Source of the DNA: a virus
Lineage: Duplodnaviria > Caudoviricetes
Length of the DNA stretch: 64,000 bases
IMG/VR virus record: IMGVR_UViG_2636416187_000004
Location: 10,448 to 74,447 of that record
Strand: one strand, 5' to 3'
Part shown: positions 29,231 through 38,203 of the stretch, in pieces
How positions within the stretch are numbered: position 1 is the stretch's first letter
Layout: each line of letters opens with the position of its first letter
Notes under the pieces: model-generated
What the model was told of the DNA's origin: nothing
Databases searched by the model: none
What the model saw: the letters and a program-made list of their open reading frames with translations, nothing else
Made by a program: the position numbers and the translations under genes

Positions 29231-30202
29231 TTAAGTCGCTGGAGTTTCAATCCTTCCTTTGATCAATTGTTCAATATCAAATGGCATGGTTTGATCTGCC
29301 TGCTGTGGGCGTGCTCCAGATATGCCTTTGTAGTCAAAATTTTCGGTGGCATCAAGTAGTTTTGTTGGCTTGTAGTTTTCGTCGAACGTTAGAATATTTA
29401 CAAATGCTCTAGATAAATATCCAATTGGATAAACTAGTTCTTTTAGTGGGTTTGGGGGTACGGGGTCGCCACCTTCAGTAACGATTTCAAAGAATGGTTT
29501 GATTTGATACTTTTGCGCGATTTCGTTGTAGTTGTGGTATAGCTTGTAGATCGTTGCGGGTATGTCATTCTGGTTTTTTAGTTTACTTGCGGTTTCAAGT
29601 AGTTTGTTTATGTCCTGCTCTATGGCGTCGGCAAAGGCTTGGTCTACCTTGAGGTTTCCGGACTTGACGTTTGGGAAGGCCATTTTGTGCAGTCTTCGCG
29701 GATTTCGGAATTCTATCATGCCAGTATTGTTTTCGAATCCGACATCTTGCTCTTGATGTTTTGTTATGCTTTTCTCGAACTCGTCAACGTGTTTGAAATA
29801 GTTTGTGAAATTGTTGTTGCTGTGCGCAGCTTTGAGCTGGCTCTCTGAAAGCGCAATTTGGTTCTGAGTTAACATCATTTGTGCTTTTGTTTGCTCGGAC
29901 CTGTGGTTGGCAACAAGAACGGCTATGACAGGAATTAGAATTGCCGTTAGCCCAATCGGGAATCTGAAAATTGTTAACGCGTTGTTGAAGCCTTCGTGGC
30001 TGAGGTTGAGTGTGAGTTTTAATGCGGGGTCATAAAATATGACTAGGGCGGAAGATATTGCGAGAATTATAATGATAGAAGCCGCTAGCCTTACAATCGT
30101 GAGTTCGAAGAAGCTGGTGTTAGGGTCGAATGACAATATTTTCTTCAAGGTTGGTACCCTCTTTATATGATCCTGAGTGTGGCAGTTTTTTGCTTTCAGC
30201 AT
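29231..30202 (-). CDS. AT-rich membrane moron (2 TM segments + cytoplasmic domain)
   Basis: Two hydrophobic segments then HRSEQT..Q helix; low GC; convergent with the late operon. Confidence 0.75.
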   Translation of the reverse strand: MLKAKNCHTQDHIKRVPTLKKILSFDPNTSFFELTIVRLAASIIIILAISSALVIFYDPALKLTLNLSHEGFNNALTIFRFPIGLTAILIPVIAVLVANHRSEQTKAQMMLTQNQIALSESQLKAAHSNNNFTNYFKHVDEFEKSITKHQEQDVGFENNTGMIEFRNPRRLHKMAFPNVKSGNLKVDQAFADAIEQDINKLLETASKLKNQNDIPATIYKLYHNYNEIAQKYQIKPFFEIVTEGGDPVPPNPLKELVYPIGYLSRAFVNILTFDENYKPTKLLDATENFDYKGISGARPQQADQTMPFDIEQLIKGRIETPAT

Positions 30203-30344
30203 TATCTAACGGGTTTATCAAGTGTGTCTCTTGGCACCTCACATTACCAACGTCAGAGCTGACACGGAACCATTCAAACAACTCAATCAGGATCGCCCTG
30301 ATCAACCACCATACGCTCGGCGCGCTCCGGGTCCAGCTAGCTAA

Positions 30345-30554
30345 TCACTCCGTCGTCATCAGCACCGCTAGCGCCATCTTGATAAATTCCTCATTCCTGT
30401 CGATGGCCTCCAGGGCACCGCGCACATTGTCGGCGACGTCGGCTGACCCGCGTTGCTCGACCCAGTTTGAAAGCTCCAAGATGGCGGCTTCCAACGCGAG
30501 CTGGTTTTCGTTGAGCTTGAATAGCAGGGAAGGGAGTAGGTCAGAATTTGGCAT
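30345..30554 (-). CDS. Small hypothetical protein at prophage end
   Basis: AAGGA SD; MPNSDLLPSLL..ENQLALEAAI. Confidence 0.65.
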   Translation of the reverse strand: MPNSDLLPSLLFKLNENQLALEAAILELSNWVEQRGSADVADNVRGALEAIDRNEEFIKMALAVLMTTE

Positions 30555-30762
30555 CGCGAATCCTTCGTGGAGTTTTCAGCGTAGCAGGGGCGAACAATTG
30601 GCTTGGATTTCAGGTCGGCAGAACGCCGGAGAAGGGGTGGCACTACTGTAAGAATATACAACGCTAAGTTATTGATTCTTATAGGGTGAAATGTTGATTT
30701 TGCACCTCGTAAAAACCACTAATTTTTCCTTTTGGATCAATAGCTTGCATTGGTTTCGAGGT

Positions 30763-30779
30763 CACCTTGACATGGTGGG
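30763..30779 (+). other. Vestigial att-like fragment of tRNA-Val(GAC) anticodon arm
   Basis: CACCTTGACATGGTGGG matches the tRNA-Val(GAC) anticodon stem-loop as recalled. Confidence 0.55.
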
Positions 30780-30787
30780 TCGTAAAC

Positions 30788-31189
30788 TTATCCCGCTGGC
30801 GGATAAATCGCAGATGCGCAGAGCTGACTCGCTACTGCACCGGCCGGTGAGTTGCCCATGATGACCGACCTTCCACCTGCCGGAAGAAGAGCCCAACTGA
30901 ACCCAGTATAGGCACCGTAGCTATTTTTTCCGTTGATCTCGATACACCAGGAGTCTTTCGATTTGTCTCGTGCTTCCCCTCGGCCGTCTGAGGTTACGAA
31001 AAACGTATCACGAAACTTTGCACTATCCGGATCCTTCAGGTCGTAACTCGCCATCGTGTGAGCAAGCAGAACTGTGTTTTCGTTCATCGGATATCGGTAA
31101 AGAATCAGAGGCTTTGCAGGCGCTGGTCTTGGTGGCGTAGAGCAGCCGGCAAGAGAGATAACGATCAGAGACAGGGCTAGCTTTTTCAT
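30788..31189 (-). CDS. Lipoprotein, KDPDSAK/NSYGAY family, copy 2
   Basis: Lipobox LAGC; LKDPDSAKF..CIEINGKNSYGAYTGF. Confidence 0.8.
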   Translation of the reverse strand: MKKLALSLIVISLAGCSTPPRPAPAKPLILYRYPMNENTVLLAHTMASYDLKDPDSAKFRDTFFVTSDGRGEARDKSKDSWCIEINGKNSYGAYTGFSWALLPAGGRSVIMGNSPAGAVASQLCASAIYPPAG

Positions 31190-31403
31190 GCTGACATTCC
31201 ATTGTTTGTGTTTTTTTGCATCGGCAATTGAGGATGGTACATGCTTCTGCTCTCGTCACCTCCCAACAGGATCAAACTTGCGCAAAACCTCCTTTGGAGA
31301 CCGCGTCTTTCCGTTTGCATAAACACAAAAATGCTTATGTTTTGTCGGTCAAAAAAGACGGTCTTTTCTTTATAAAACAGTAGGTTAGGTAGCTTCTGCT
31401 CCC

Positions 31404-31455
31404 AGCATGGGGTGCTAGGGGTCGAGTGTTCGAATCACTCCGTCCCGACCATATA
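31404..31455 (+). repeat. att core = 3' half of tRNA-Pro(GGG); junction of prophages 1 and 2
   Basis: AGCATGGGGTGCT..GTTCGAATC..CCCGACCATATA identical at 62868-62919; no tRNA 5' half upstream. Confidence 0.95.
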
Positions 31456-31467
31456 TTTCAATGACTT

Positions 31468-31495
31468 AGCCCAACTTTAGCGAGTTGGGCTTTTT
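31468..31495 (+). terminator. Phage-supplied terminator downstream of tRNA 3' end
   Basis: AGCCCAACT..AGTTGGGCT followed by T tract. Confidence 0.75.
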
Positions 31496-31500
31496 CATGC

Positions 31501-31518
31501 GTAGGGACTTTTGCGGGG
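31501..31518 (+). repeat. Putative integrase arm site (second copy 62758-62775)
   Basis: GTAGGGACTTTTGCGGGG repeated just inside both ends of prophage 2. Confidence 0.7.
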
Positions 31519-31520
31519 GT

Positions 31521-32717
31521 TCATCCCGTTTTTCTCCTCAAGATGGTCAGCGCCGGTCCTCGCGAATCGGTTGCCGACACTTTGTTCGCCGCCTCAATCA
31601 AATGCTCAAGCTCTGCGGTAGAATAGTGGCTCGTAATGCTGCCGTTCTTGTGCCCAAGTAGTGCCTTTCGATCTTCCTCTGTCACGTTCGCCGCACGGAG
31701 CCTTCTGCCAAAGGTGTGCTTCAGATCGTGAACCCTGATCGAGCGGAACCCAGGGTGTGCTGGCGACTTGTGTTCCTTTTCCCATCTAGCCGCCGCCCTG
31801 ATTCTTGCCTTCTTCCATGCCGTGTCGTTCATCCTGTGCATCGCGGTTGGGCCGTACTCGTCCGGCTGCCCGTATGGGAAAACATACTTTTTGTGAAGTC
31901 CGCGCTGGCCGTCGATAATCGACATCGCTACCCGATTCAGTACGACCAACCTTTCATCCCTGTTTTTCACCCCCGCCTTTTCGTGCCGTCCACCAAACTC
32001 CGGTGGGATCAGGAACACGCTCGTTCCAAGTTCCGGCACCCGTATCTCCCAATCCCACTCAAGTTTGCAGACTTCCTGTTCCCGAGATCCTGAATTCACT
32101 TTGTAGAGGGCCATCCTCAACAGGTGATCCGGTATCTCGGCGAACAACATCGACTGTTCTTCCCATGAAAGCGGGTAGGGCTTTCGGCTCGATCTCTTTT
32201 CCTCAAGCATCGATATCATCGGCACGCTGTCCAGCCACGGCCGCTTCTCAGCGTCTCGCCACTTCCTGTGGCACAGGTTCAGGATCCTGACGACTCGCTG
32301 CAGGGCAATGTTCACCGTCCTGTTCGACACGCCTGGCTTTACTTTCCCATTCGCTGTTTTGGTTGGCTTCTGCCTATCTCGCTTGAAGGCGGCCAGAGTG
32401 CCGTCATCAATATGCGTGATTGGTAGGTCGCCAATGTACGGATCGAGCTGTTCGATGTGAGAAGCGGACAGGGCAATAGAGGCTTGATCCTTGAATTCCA
32501 CCAGGAATCTGGTGGCAGCCTCGCGCCAGGTTCGCACCTCGCGTACACCGTAAACCTTTTCCTGCCGGAGTTTTTCCAAGCGGTGGATCAGGTACTGCTC
32601 CGCTTCCTGCCTTTCGCTTGATCCAGTGCTTTCCTGAAGTCGCTGACCTCTGACGACTTTGTCGATGTGCCAAATTCCGTTCCTCTCGTAGAGGCCGGAG
32701 ATTGTTTTTCGCGCCAT
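31521..32717 (-). CDS. int: Prophage 2 integrase (tyrosine recombinase)
   Basis: SGSREQE, HDLKHTFG, LLGH, TSHY; adjacent to att. Confidence 0.95.
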   Translation of the reverse strand: MARKTISGLYERNGIWHIDKVVRGQRLQESTGSSERQEAEQYLIHRLEKLRQEKVYGVREVRTWREAATRFLVEFKDQASIALSASHIEQLDPYIGDLPITHIDDGTLAAFKRDRQKPTKTANGKVKPGVSNRTVNIALQRVVRILNLCHRKWRDAEKRPWLDSVPMISMLEEKRSSRKPYPLSWEEQSMLFAEIPDHLLRMALYKVNSGSREQEVCKLEWDWEIRVPELGTSVFLIPPEFGGRHEKAGVKNRDERLVVLNRVAMSIIDGQRGLHKKYVFPYGQPDEYGPTAMHRMNDTAWKKARIRAAARWEKEHKSPAHPGFRSIRVHDLKHTFGRRLRAANVTEEDRKALLGHKNGSITSHYSTAELEHLIEAANKVSATDSRGPALTILRRKTG

Positions 32718-32989
32718 TTACTTGCTCCTTGGCGCCCACTGCGGGGCTGATTGTTGTCCTGATTGGCCGCTTTTTCAATTGCCATGGACTCGATGTAGGC
32801 GTCAGCCCACTGGTCAAGCTCGATTCGGTCGAAGCCGACGCCCTGTTTCCCGATCGGGAATTCACGAACGTTCGGCCGGACTGTTTTGTTGAATTCGTCC
32901 CGGCACATGCCGAGGTAGCCGTATGCCTCGCCGGCGCGAATGAAGCGCGGGAGGATTGGCGCGACCTGGGCCGCGCTTCGATTTGCCAT
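32588..32989 (-). CDS. Excisionase-like protein overlapping int
   Basis: PRFIR..EA..YLGM..F...FDRIELDQW wHTH-like; GGAG SD. Confidence 0.65.
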   Translation of the reverse strand: MANRSAAQVAPILPRFIRAGEAYGYLGMCRDEFNKTVRPNVREFPIGKQGVGFDRIELDQWADAYIESMAIEKAANQDNNQPRSGRQGASKWREKQSPASTRGTEFGTSTKSSEVSDFRKALDQAKGRKRSST

Positions 32990-33028
32990 GAGGTATTGCT
33001 CCATGCCGCGCGTGGCGGCAGAAGGTGG

Positions 33029-33514
33029 TTATAGGGTGGCTTTGGCGATAGCGGCTCGGGCCTTCGAGATCTCGGCGAGCTCTTGCTGATGTTCCGGAGT
33101 GGTGTACTTGAACTCATTTGCCAGGAGCGTCCAGCGCTCGACGGCAAGGCTCAGGGCTGTGACCAGCTCTTCGTGCAGTCCGCGCTCTTCGCGTCCGATA
33201 TCCCAGAAGCGCTGGCCCCAGTGTCCAGCCGGTGGCGGATTACTGTTCTGCGCGCCGAGTGCCAGTGCGCCGACCACTGCGTCCAGCAGGTCACGCTTAT
33301 AGGCGTTGTCGCCGTCGATGCTCAGGCCTTGGCGGCGCAGCGCGTCGAGCGCGTTATTCAAGTTCGCCTCGGGCGAAGGCAGCACCAGGTCAAAGTCAGC
33401 TTTGCCCGGCCGGCAGACGATCACAAACATCTGGCAATCGAGCGGCAGGTGTTGGGCGATATCCGAGATCGATTCGATAGCCACTTCGCGCAGTTGGTGT
33501 TTTTGATCAGGCAT
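33029..33514 (-). CDS. Early hypothetical protein
   Basis: GAGGA SD; leftward operon. Confidence 0.65.
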   Translation of the reverse strand: MPDQKHQLREVAIESISDIAQHLPLDCQMFVIVCRPGKADFDLVLPSPEANLNNALDALRRQGLSIDGDNAYKRDLLDAVVGALALGAQNSNPPPAGHWGQRFWDIGREERGLHEELVTALSLAVERWTLLANEFKYTTPEHQQELAEISKARAAIAKATL

Positions 33515-33565
33515 ACGAATTCCTCGCCCGCCGTACACCGGCAGGCTGTTGAGTTGGGGGAGGGG

Positions 33566-33883
33566 TTACTGCTGGATGAGTTCGGCGGGGACCTTGACCG
33601 TGGCACCGCGCTTGGCGAAGACCACGGCGCGGAATACGGCGATTGCTCGGGTTTCGCCGGACTGGCGGTTGAATGGATCGTACGTCGCGTCGGCCAGCCA
33701 CTGGTGCCGGTGGCCGACATCGACCCAGACGCCGTACTTTGTGATCAGTTGCTCGGCGTCGGGCATGGCGAAGAGATCCAGCTGGCCGGCCACGGGCTGC
33801 TGATTATCCTCGATCGCGTCGATTGCCCAGTCCAGCGCCGGGCCGGTCAGTTCTTCGGTGCGGACGCTGACCAAGCGCCTCAT
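33566..33883 (-). CDS. NinX/DUF2591-like protein
   Basis: ELTGPALDWA..IAVFRAVV. Confidence 0.7.
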   Translation of the reverse strand: MRRLVSVRTEELTGPALDWAIDAIEDNQQPVAGQLDLFAMPDAEQLITKYGVWVDVGHRHQWLADATYDPFNRQSGETRAIAVFRAVVFAKRGATVKVPAELIQQ

Positions 33884-34263
33884 GGGACAAGTTCGGCGGG
33901 AATGCTCAACACCATGCCGAGCCTGTCCGCGACGATGGCGCGACAGATTGCAACCAGCGGCTCTTCAGCTTCGAGCCATTCGGTTGGCGCATTTGGGCGA
34001 TGTGGGTGTGCCACCCATCCCACGCGACGGACGGGACCAAAGCCGATTTTGTTTTTCTCGATCAGGGGGCCGCACTGGCTCCAGTCAGTGGACGGCTCGT
34101 ACAGATTAGTCCAGCAGCCGCTGCCGTCTGACATTTCGTAGATACAGGAAATGGCATCGTTCTTCACGACGATATCTCCGCAGCCGACTGCGGTTGCCAC
34201 AGACCAGTTCAGCGCCAGGCCTGCCAGATCCTGCGTTTTCACTTCGATCATATTCATCGCCAC
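33880..34263 (-). CDS. NinX/DUF2591-like protein (tandem paralog)
   Basis: DLAGLALNW..PSTDWSQCGPLIE..LVAICRAIV. Confidence 0.75.
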   Translation of the reverse strand: MAMNMIEVKTQDLAGLALNWSVATAVGCGDIVVKNDAISCIYEMSDGSGCWTNLYEPSTDWSQCGPLIEKNKIGFGPVRRVGWVAHPHRPNAPTEWLEAEEPLVAICRAIVADRLGMVLSIPAELVP

Positions 34264-34318
34264 GGCCCCTTGTAGATGAGGTAGGCCATGTAGAGCGGGG
34301 CGGCAATTGGAATGATGA

Positions 34319-34546
34319 TCATGGCGTCACCTCAGTAAGTTGCCACTTGGTGTTGTTGGTTTGCGAGCGATCGGATCGAACAAGTCCTTCCTTTTCCATC
34401 CGCTCGAGCTCCTTCCTGATGACGCGCGTCCCCAGCGCGCCGTGTTGGATATGGAATCGAAACCACCAGGTGCAGAACCAACCCCGAACGGACATGTTCT
34501 GCTTTCGCATGTACGCGATGATGTCCTCACGCAGTTCTTTGCTCAT
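34319..34546 (-). CDS. Small wHTH-like protein
   Basis: RKELERMEKEGLV..W pattern. Confidence 0.55.
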   Translation of the reverse strand: MSKELREDIIAYMRKQNMSVRGWFCTWWFRFHIQHGALGTRVIRKELERMEKEGLVRSDRSQTNNTKWQLTEVTP

Positions 34547-34619
34547 CCGATCACCGCCTTAATGGTCAGGGTCAGTGGAAGCCAGAAGAAGAGGGTGCAG
34601 CCGGCCATGCATTTGAGGA

Positions 34620-35207
34620 TCATGCTGCGGCCCTCGCGATGGTGACCTCATCAATGAGCGCCTGCGGGAGTTGCGCGGCGAATTCGCCTTCTGACCAAGA
34701 AAGCGGCTCGGACTTGCGGATCATCTCGTTCAGCAATTCGAATGCCGCAAGCAACTGATCGTCGCGGATCTCGCCGTCCTCTGGCAGGTCATCGATGAAG
34801 TGACCTGCCGGGTCGATTTGGCTGGGGTAGTTCGGTTCGCAGATACAGAGTTGCAGGTCGGCCAGATCGATTTCGCTCTCGACCAGGTAGTCGCGCAGAT
34901 CGTCTTCATCAAAGAAGTAACGATCACCATCAAAAATGACCAGAGGTTCGCCGGCCCATTCCTTGACTGGCATCGCCGCGAATTTCGCTTGGCGGCGGGC
35001 GTGGTGGCACGCTTTACAGTAGCTGTTCACTTCGTAGATATCGTGATCAGGGTTCGCTTCGCAGCGGCGATGGGTGGCACCGCAGTAGCGGGCAAGGTTT
35101 TCGTCCGCGCCGAAAAATCGACCATCGGCGGAAACCCAACCGGTTACCGTTTTGAGGCTGGCCGCTTCCGGAGCGTCGAACATGATGATTGGCTTTTGTT
35201 CAGGCAT
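34620..35207 (-). CDS. Early hypothetical protein (Cys-containing)
   Basis: TGWVS..GRFF..E.LARYCGATH..C; AAGGA SD. Confidence 0.7.
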   Translation of the reverse strand: MPEQKPIIMFDAPEAASLKTVTGWVSADGRFFGADENLARYCGATHRRCEANPDHDIYEVNSYCKACHHARRQAKFAAMPVKEWAGEPLVIFDGDRYFFDEDDLRDYLVESEIDLADLQLCICEPNYPSQIDPAGHFIDDLPEDGEIRDDQLLAAFELLNEMIRKSEPLSWSEGEFAAQLPQALIDEVTIARAAA

Positions 35208-35341
35208 GACTTCGTCCTTGCCGCTATAGCGGCTGACTTTGAAGGGGGAGGAGGGTTAACGCTTAGCGGTAAAAGACGGATTTCAATTTCGAGGTGCGTG
35301 CTTCATCATTCGAACAATAGGGATCTGTGAGGGCACGCTGA

Positions 35342-36409
35342 ATGAGTAGGCTTGAGTTTTTGGAAGATGTCGTTGGGCTCAATAAAAGCGGAGTTAAATG
35401 CCACCCATACAAAGGTCTAGTAGGCCCTAAAAAAGGTAAATTCAGCTACACACTTAAAACTGAAGACAACAAAGATTTTCAATCAGCTACCGCGGAAGAA
35501 TTAATAAAACTGATTGAGTCAGGGGCTTTTGACGTTAGAGGTAGAATTAGAATGCTCCCGGCTGATGGTCAACATTCAAAAAGCAACAGCGCCTTAAGCG
35601 TAGTCTCATATAAAGGGCAGCGTTTGACCTTGGTCCACGGGTTCGCACACCCGGTGGCTGACCGTGATTTCGAAGCGTTGAATGCAAAAAATGTTGTTGC
35701 TACTCCAAGTGGGATGGTTTTGGACGAATTCCAGAGCCGTTTACCGGCGGAGCAGCTGCGAAAGGTTACCCCCGAGTATATCTGGGAGGCGGTACAGGCT
35801 CTAATTGAAGGTATGCCTGCAGATGGGTACAAACCTTCGGTTGATTACGACTTGTTGGCCGACAACGGTATGAGGTTGGCGCCGAAGCAAGTGTTTGGTC
35901 TTGCCGCCTCAGCTGCGCTGGGATTGGACATTAAGCCAGTCCACTTCACTGGTGGTGTGGGTACTGTCTGCTTTGAACTGTTGGAGGCAGCAGGCTACAA
36001 GATTGTTCTAAAAGATGAGCAAATTGAGCCGGTCGAAATACCCACTGACACTGAGGAGAAAGACTGGGCGGAGGGCCAGGTCAAATTAGTGTACCACCTG
36101 AAACGGGAACGCTCACCAGGTCTATCTAAAGCTAAGAAGGCTTCATTCATCAAAAAATATGGCCGACTGTTCTGCGAGGAGTGCGGTACAGATCCTATCA
36201 AAACCTATGGTGATTTTGGTGAGGCCTGTATTGAAGTCCACCATGATGCCATCCATGTCGCCGATATGGGTGAGAACCACAAGACGACTCTCGATCAACT
36301 GCGATGCCTTTGTGCGAATTGTCACCGCATAGTGCACCGCAGCCTGAAGTCGCGACTAGAGGCATCGAGCCGCGGCGCGCCGGGGATCACCAGCTTGGTG
36401 ACTGTCTAG
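35342..36409 (+). CDS. HNH endonuclease, McrA-like C-terminus (candidate restriction/defence moron)
   Basis: EG...H..RER, CEEC, IEVHH, LCANCHR; low GC; antisense to early operon. Confidence 0.85.
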   Translation: MSRLEFLEDVVGLNKSGVKCHPYKGLVGPKKGKFSYTLKTEDNKDFQSATAEELIKLIESGAFDVRGRIRMLPADGQHSKSNSALSVVSYKGQRLTLVHGFAHPVADRDFEALNAKNVVATPSGMVLDEFQSRLPAEQLRKVTPEYIWEAVQALIEGMPADGYKPSVDYDLLADNGMRLAPKQVFGLAASAALGLDIKPVHFTGGVGTVCFELLEAAGYKIVLKDEQIEPVEIPTDTEEKDWAEGQVKLVYHLKRERSPGLSKAKKASFIKKYGRLFCEECGTDPIKTYGDFGEACIEVHHDAIHVADMGENHKTTLDQLRCLCANCHRIVHRSLKSRLEASSRGAPGITSLVTV

Positions 36410-36453
36410 CGCTCAACTTTCAGCGGCTCGACCGGTTTGTTTTCTGTGGGCAT
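36360..36453 (-). pseudogene. 5' remnant of an early gene interrupted by the HNH moron
   Basis: Hairpin + AGGA SD + ATG, then MPTENKPVEPLKVER*TVTKLVIPGAPRLDA. Confidence 0.55.
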
Positions 36454-36557
36454 GGGGCGTCCTATGCCGGGGCATGCCCGGGCGGTGGAGAATGGTGATC
36501 ACTTGCCAGCTTGGATGCTATCTTCCAAGCTGAACTTCAATTGGCTCGGAGGCTGAG

Positions 36558-37220
36558 ATGTCTGAAACAAAAATGCGGCGCGTCTACCACTTCGTTAACA
36601 GTGAATACGGATTGCAGAATGTACAGATGCGGCGATTGAAAATCTCAACTCTTCTCGGTCTTAACGACCCGTTTGAACTTCTTAGTAACAATATCCGAAA
36701 CAAGAAAGTCCGTTCTCTATTCAATATCGCAAAAAGTATTTTTGACAAAAGATTTGGTATCATCTGTTTCAGTAATTCGAGTCAAAGCCCCGTACAGTGG
36801 GCGCACTACGCTGATAGGAATAGAGGTGTATGCCTTGGTTTCGATGTCCGTTCTGATTCGCTCATAGATATAAAGTACATCGATGAGAGAGTTAACGAGG
36901 CCAGTTTTCCTAAGCACCCAGACCATGCCGAGGAGTGGATGCGCCAAATTCTTTCTACAAAATACTCGCAATGGGCATATGAGGATGAGTCGAGGTGCTT
37001 CTTCAATCTTGAAACTAAAACAGGCGAGTACTACTTTAAAGAATTTGATAGCGATATTGTTTTGAAAGAAGTTCAAGTGGGTTTTCATAGTGAAATAACT
37101 CGTGCGGAGCTTTCAGAGAAACTAGGCGCACTGTCCGGCACTGTCTCCTGCTTCAGGGTTCGGCCTGCATTTGGATCTTTCCACATGGTCCGAAACGAGA
37201 ATGAGTCTTTGTGGAAGTGA
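36558..37220 (+). CDS. DUF2971-like protein (moron)
   Basis: LNDPFE, CFS, WAHYAD..GVCLGF, K...WAYEDE.R. Confidence 0.85.
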   Translation: MSETKMRRVYHFVNSEYGLQNVQMRRLKISTLLGLNDPFELLSNNIRNKKVRSLFNIAKSIFDKRFGIICFSNSSQSPVQWAHYADRNRGVCLGFDVRSDSLIDIKYIDERVNEASFPKHPDHAEEWMRQILSTKYSQWAYEDESRCFFNLETKTGEYYFKEFDSDIVLKEVQVGFHSEITRAELSEKLGALSGTVSCFRVRPAFGSFHMVRNENESLWK

Positions 37221-37234
37221 TTTAAGTATGCGCA

Positions 37235-38158
37235 TCATGCAGCAGCTTTCAATGCTTCGATGATTCGCTTACCTGCAAGTGGCGGTACCGCGTTTCCGGT
37301 CATGTGCATGGTCAGCCGGTGGTTGTCCGGGCGCAGCGTGTCCTTCGGGAAGGACTGAGCGGCCATCGCTTCGTCGGCGGTGATCATGCGCATCATGTCG
37401 CCGTCGACGACTGCCCAGCGATCCAGTGTGGTGATGGTGCCGATCGGACGGTCAAGGCTGCGACCGGTCAGCCCGGACCCTGATCCGTAATAGGGCATCA
37501 CGAAACGATCCCCGAAACGCTCGCGCCCATTCTTCACGCGGATCAGTGTCGACGCGGCGCGGCCAGGCTTATTGATCGGCGACCACTTGCCGGAGTCGAA
37601 GTCGATAATGTCGCGGGCGGGCACGTGCTGGTAGCGGGGGAGCTGCAAGTGCAATGGCGCCTTGCTGCGCGAACAGACCATGAACAGGCGCACACGGTGC
37701 TGTGGGACACCGAGGTCGGCGCAGTCCACGATGTGCGGAGCCAGCGCGTAACCCAAGCGCTGCATCGCATCAGCCCACGCCGGGTACAGAATCCAGTCCA
37801 TGAACTCCGGCACGTTCTCGATCACGGCGAACTCTGGCCGGTTGACTTCGGCGTTGCCGACTGGCGCCCATGCTGTCGATCGCGAGTTGTCGTGCTGAGG
37901 GTTGCCGGCAGCCTTGCCGCGAGCCTTGGTGTGCCCTTGGCAGCACGGCGAGGCGAGCATGACATCGTGCTTCGGCACGTCCGCCCAGTTCGCCTGGTGC
38001 AGATCTTGACAGGCGTGGATCGTGTCCGGGTTATTGCGGGTGTGCCACTCGACCGCCTCGGGCCAGTGGTTCGCCGCCCAGAGGACATTGAGTCCGGCGT
38101 CCTTGCCGCCACGCGTCCAACCACCGAAACCAGAAAACAAGTCAATTGCTGTGAGCAT
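37235..38158 (-). CDS. DNA cytosine-C5 methyltransferase
   Basis: DLFSGFGG, SPCCQG, ENVPEF, PQHRVR, GNAVPP. Confidence 0.95.
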   Translation of the reverse strand: MLTAIDLFSGFGGWTRGGKDAGLNVLWAANHWPEAVEWHTRNNPDTIHACQDLHQANWADVPKHDVMLASPCCQGHTKARGKAAGNPQHDNSRSTAWAPVGNAEVNRPEFAVIENVPEFMDWILYPAWADAMQRLGYALAPHIVDCADLGVPQHRVRLFMVCSRSKAPLHLQLPRYQHVPARDIIDFDSGKWSPINKPGRAASTLIRVKNGRERFGDRFVMPYYGSGSGLTGRSLDRPIGTITTLDRWAVVDGDMMRMITADEAMAAQSFPKDTLRPDNHRLTMHMTGNAVPPLAGKRIIEALKAAA

Positions 38159-38203
38159 GCGGAGTCCTTACCGGCAAGTGCCGGGTAGCGAATTGAGATG
38201 AGG

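Larger units (their letters stand above)
1..31455 (+). mobile_element. Prophage 1 (lambdoid siphovirus, HK97-type head, lambda-type tail); left part outside window
   Basis: Contiguous replication-nin-Q-holin-terminase-portal-capsid-tail-lysin gene order ending at a tRNA-Pro 3' fragment. Confidence 0.95.

Noticed and set aside
30648-30664. LexA box CTGTAAGAATATACAA
   Set aside because: Right half is CAA rather than CAG, and the context looks like an att arm region.
31380-31455. Complete tRNA-Pro gene (also at 62840-62915)
   Set aside because: Only the anticodon arm to CCA is present; upstream bases cannot form the acceptor 5' strand or D arm, so these are att fragments.
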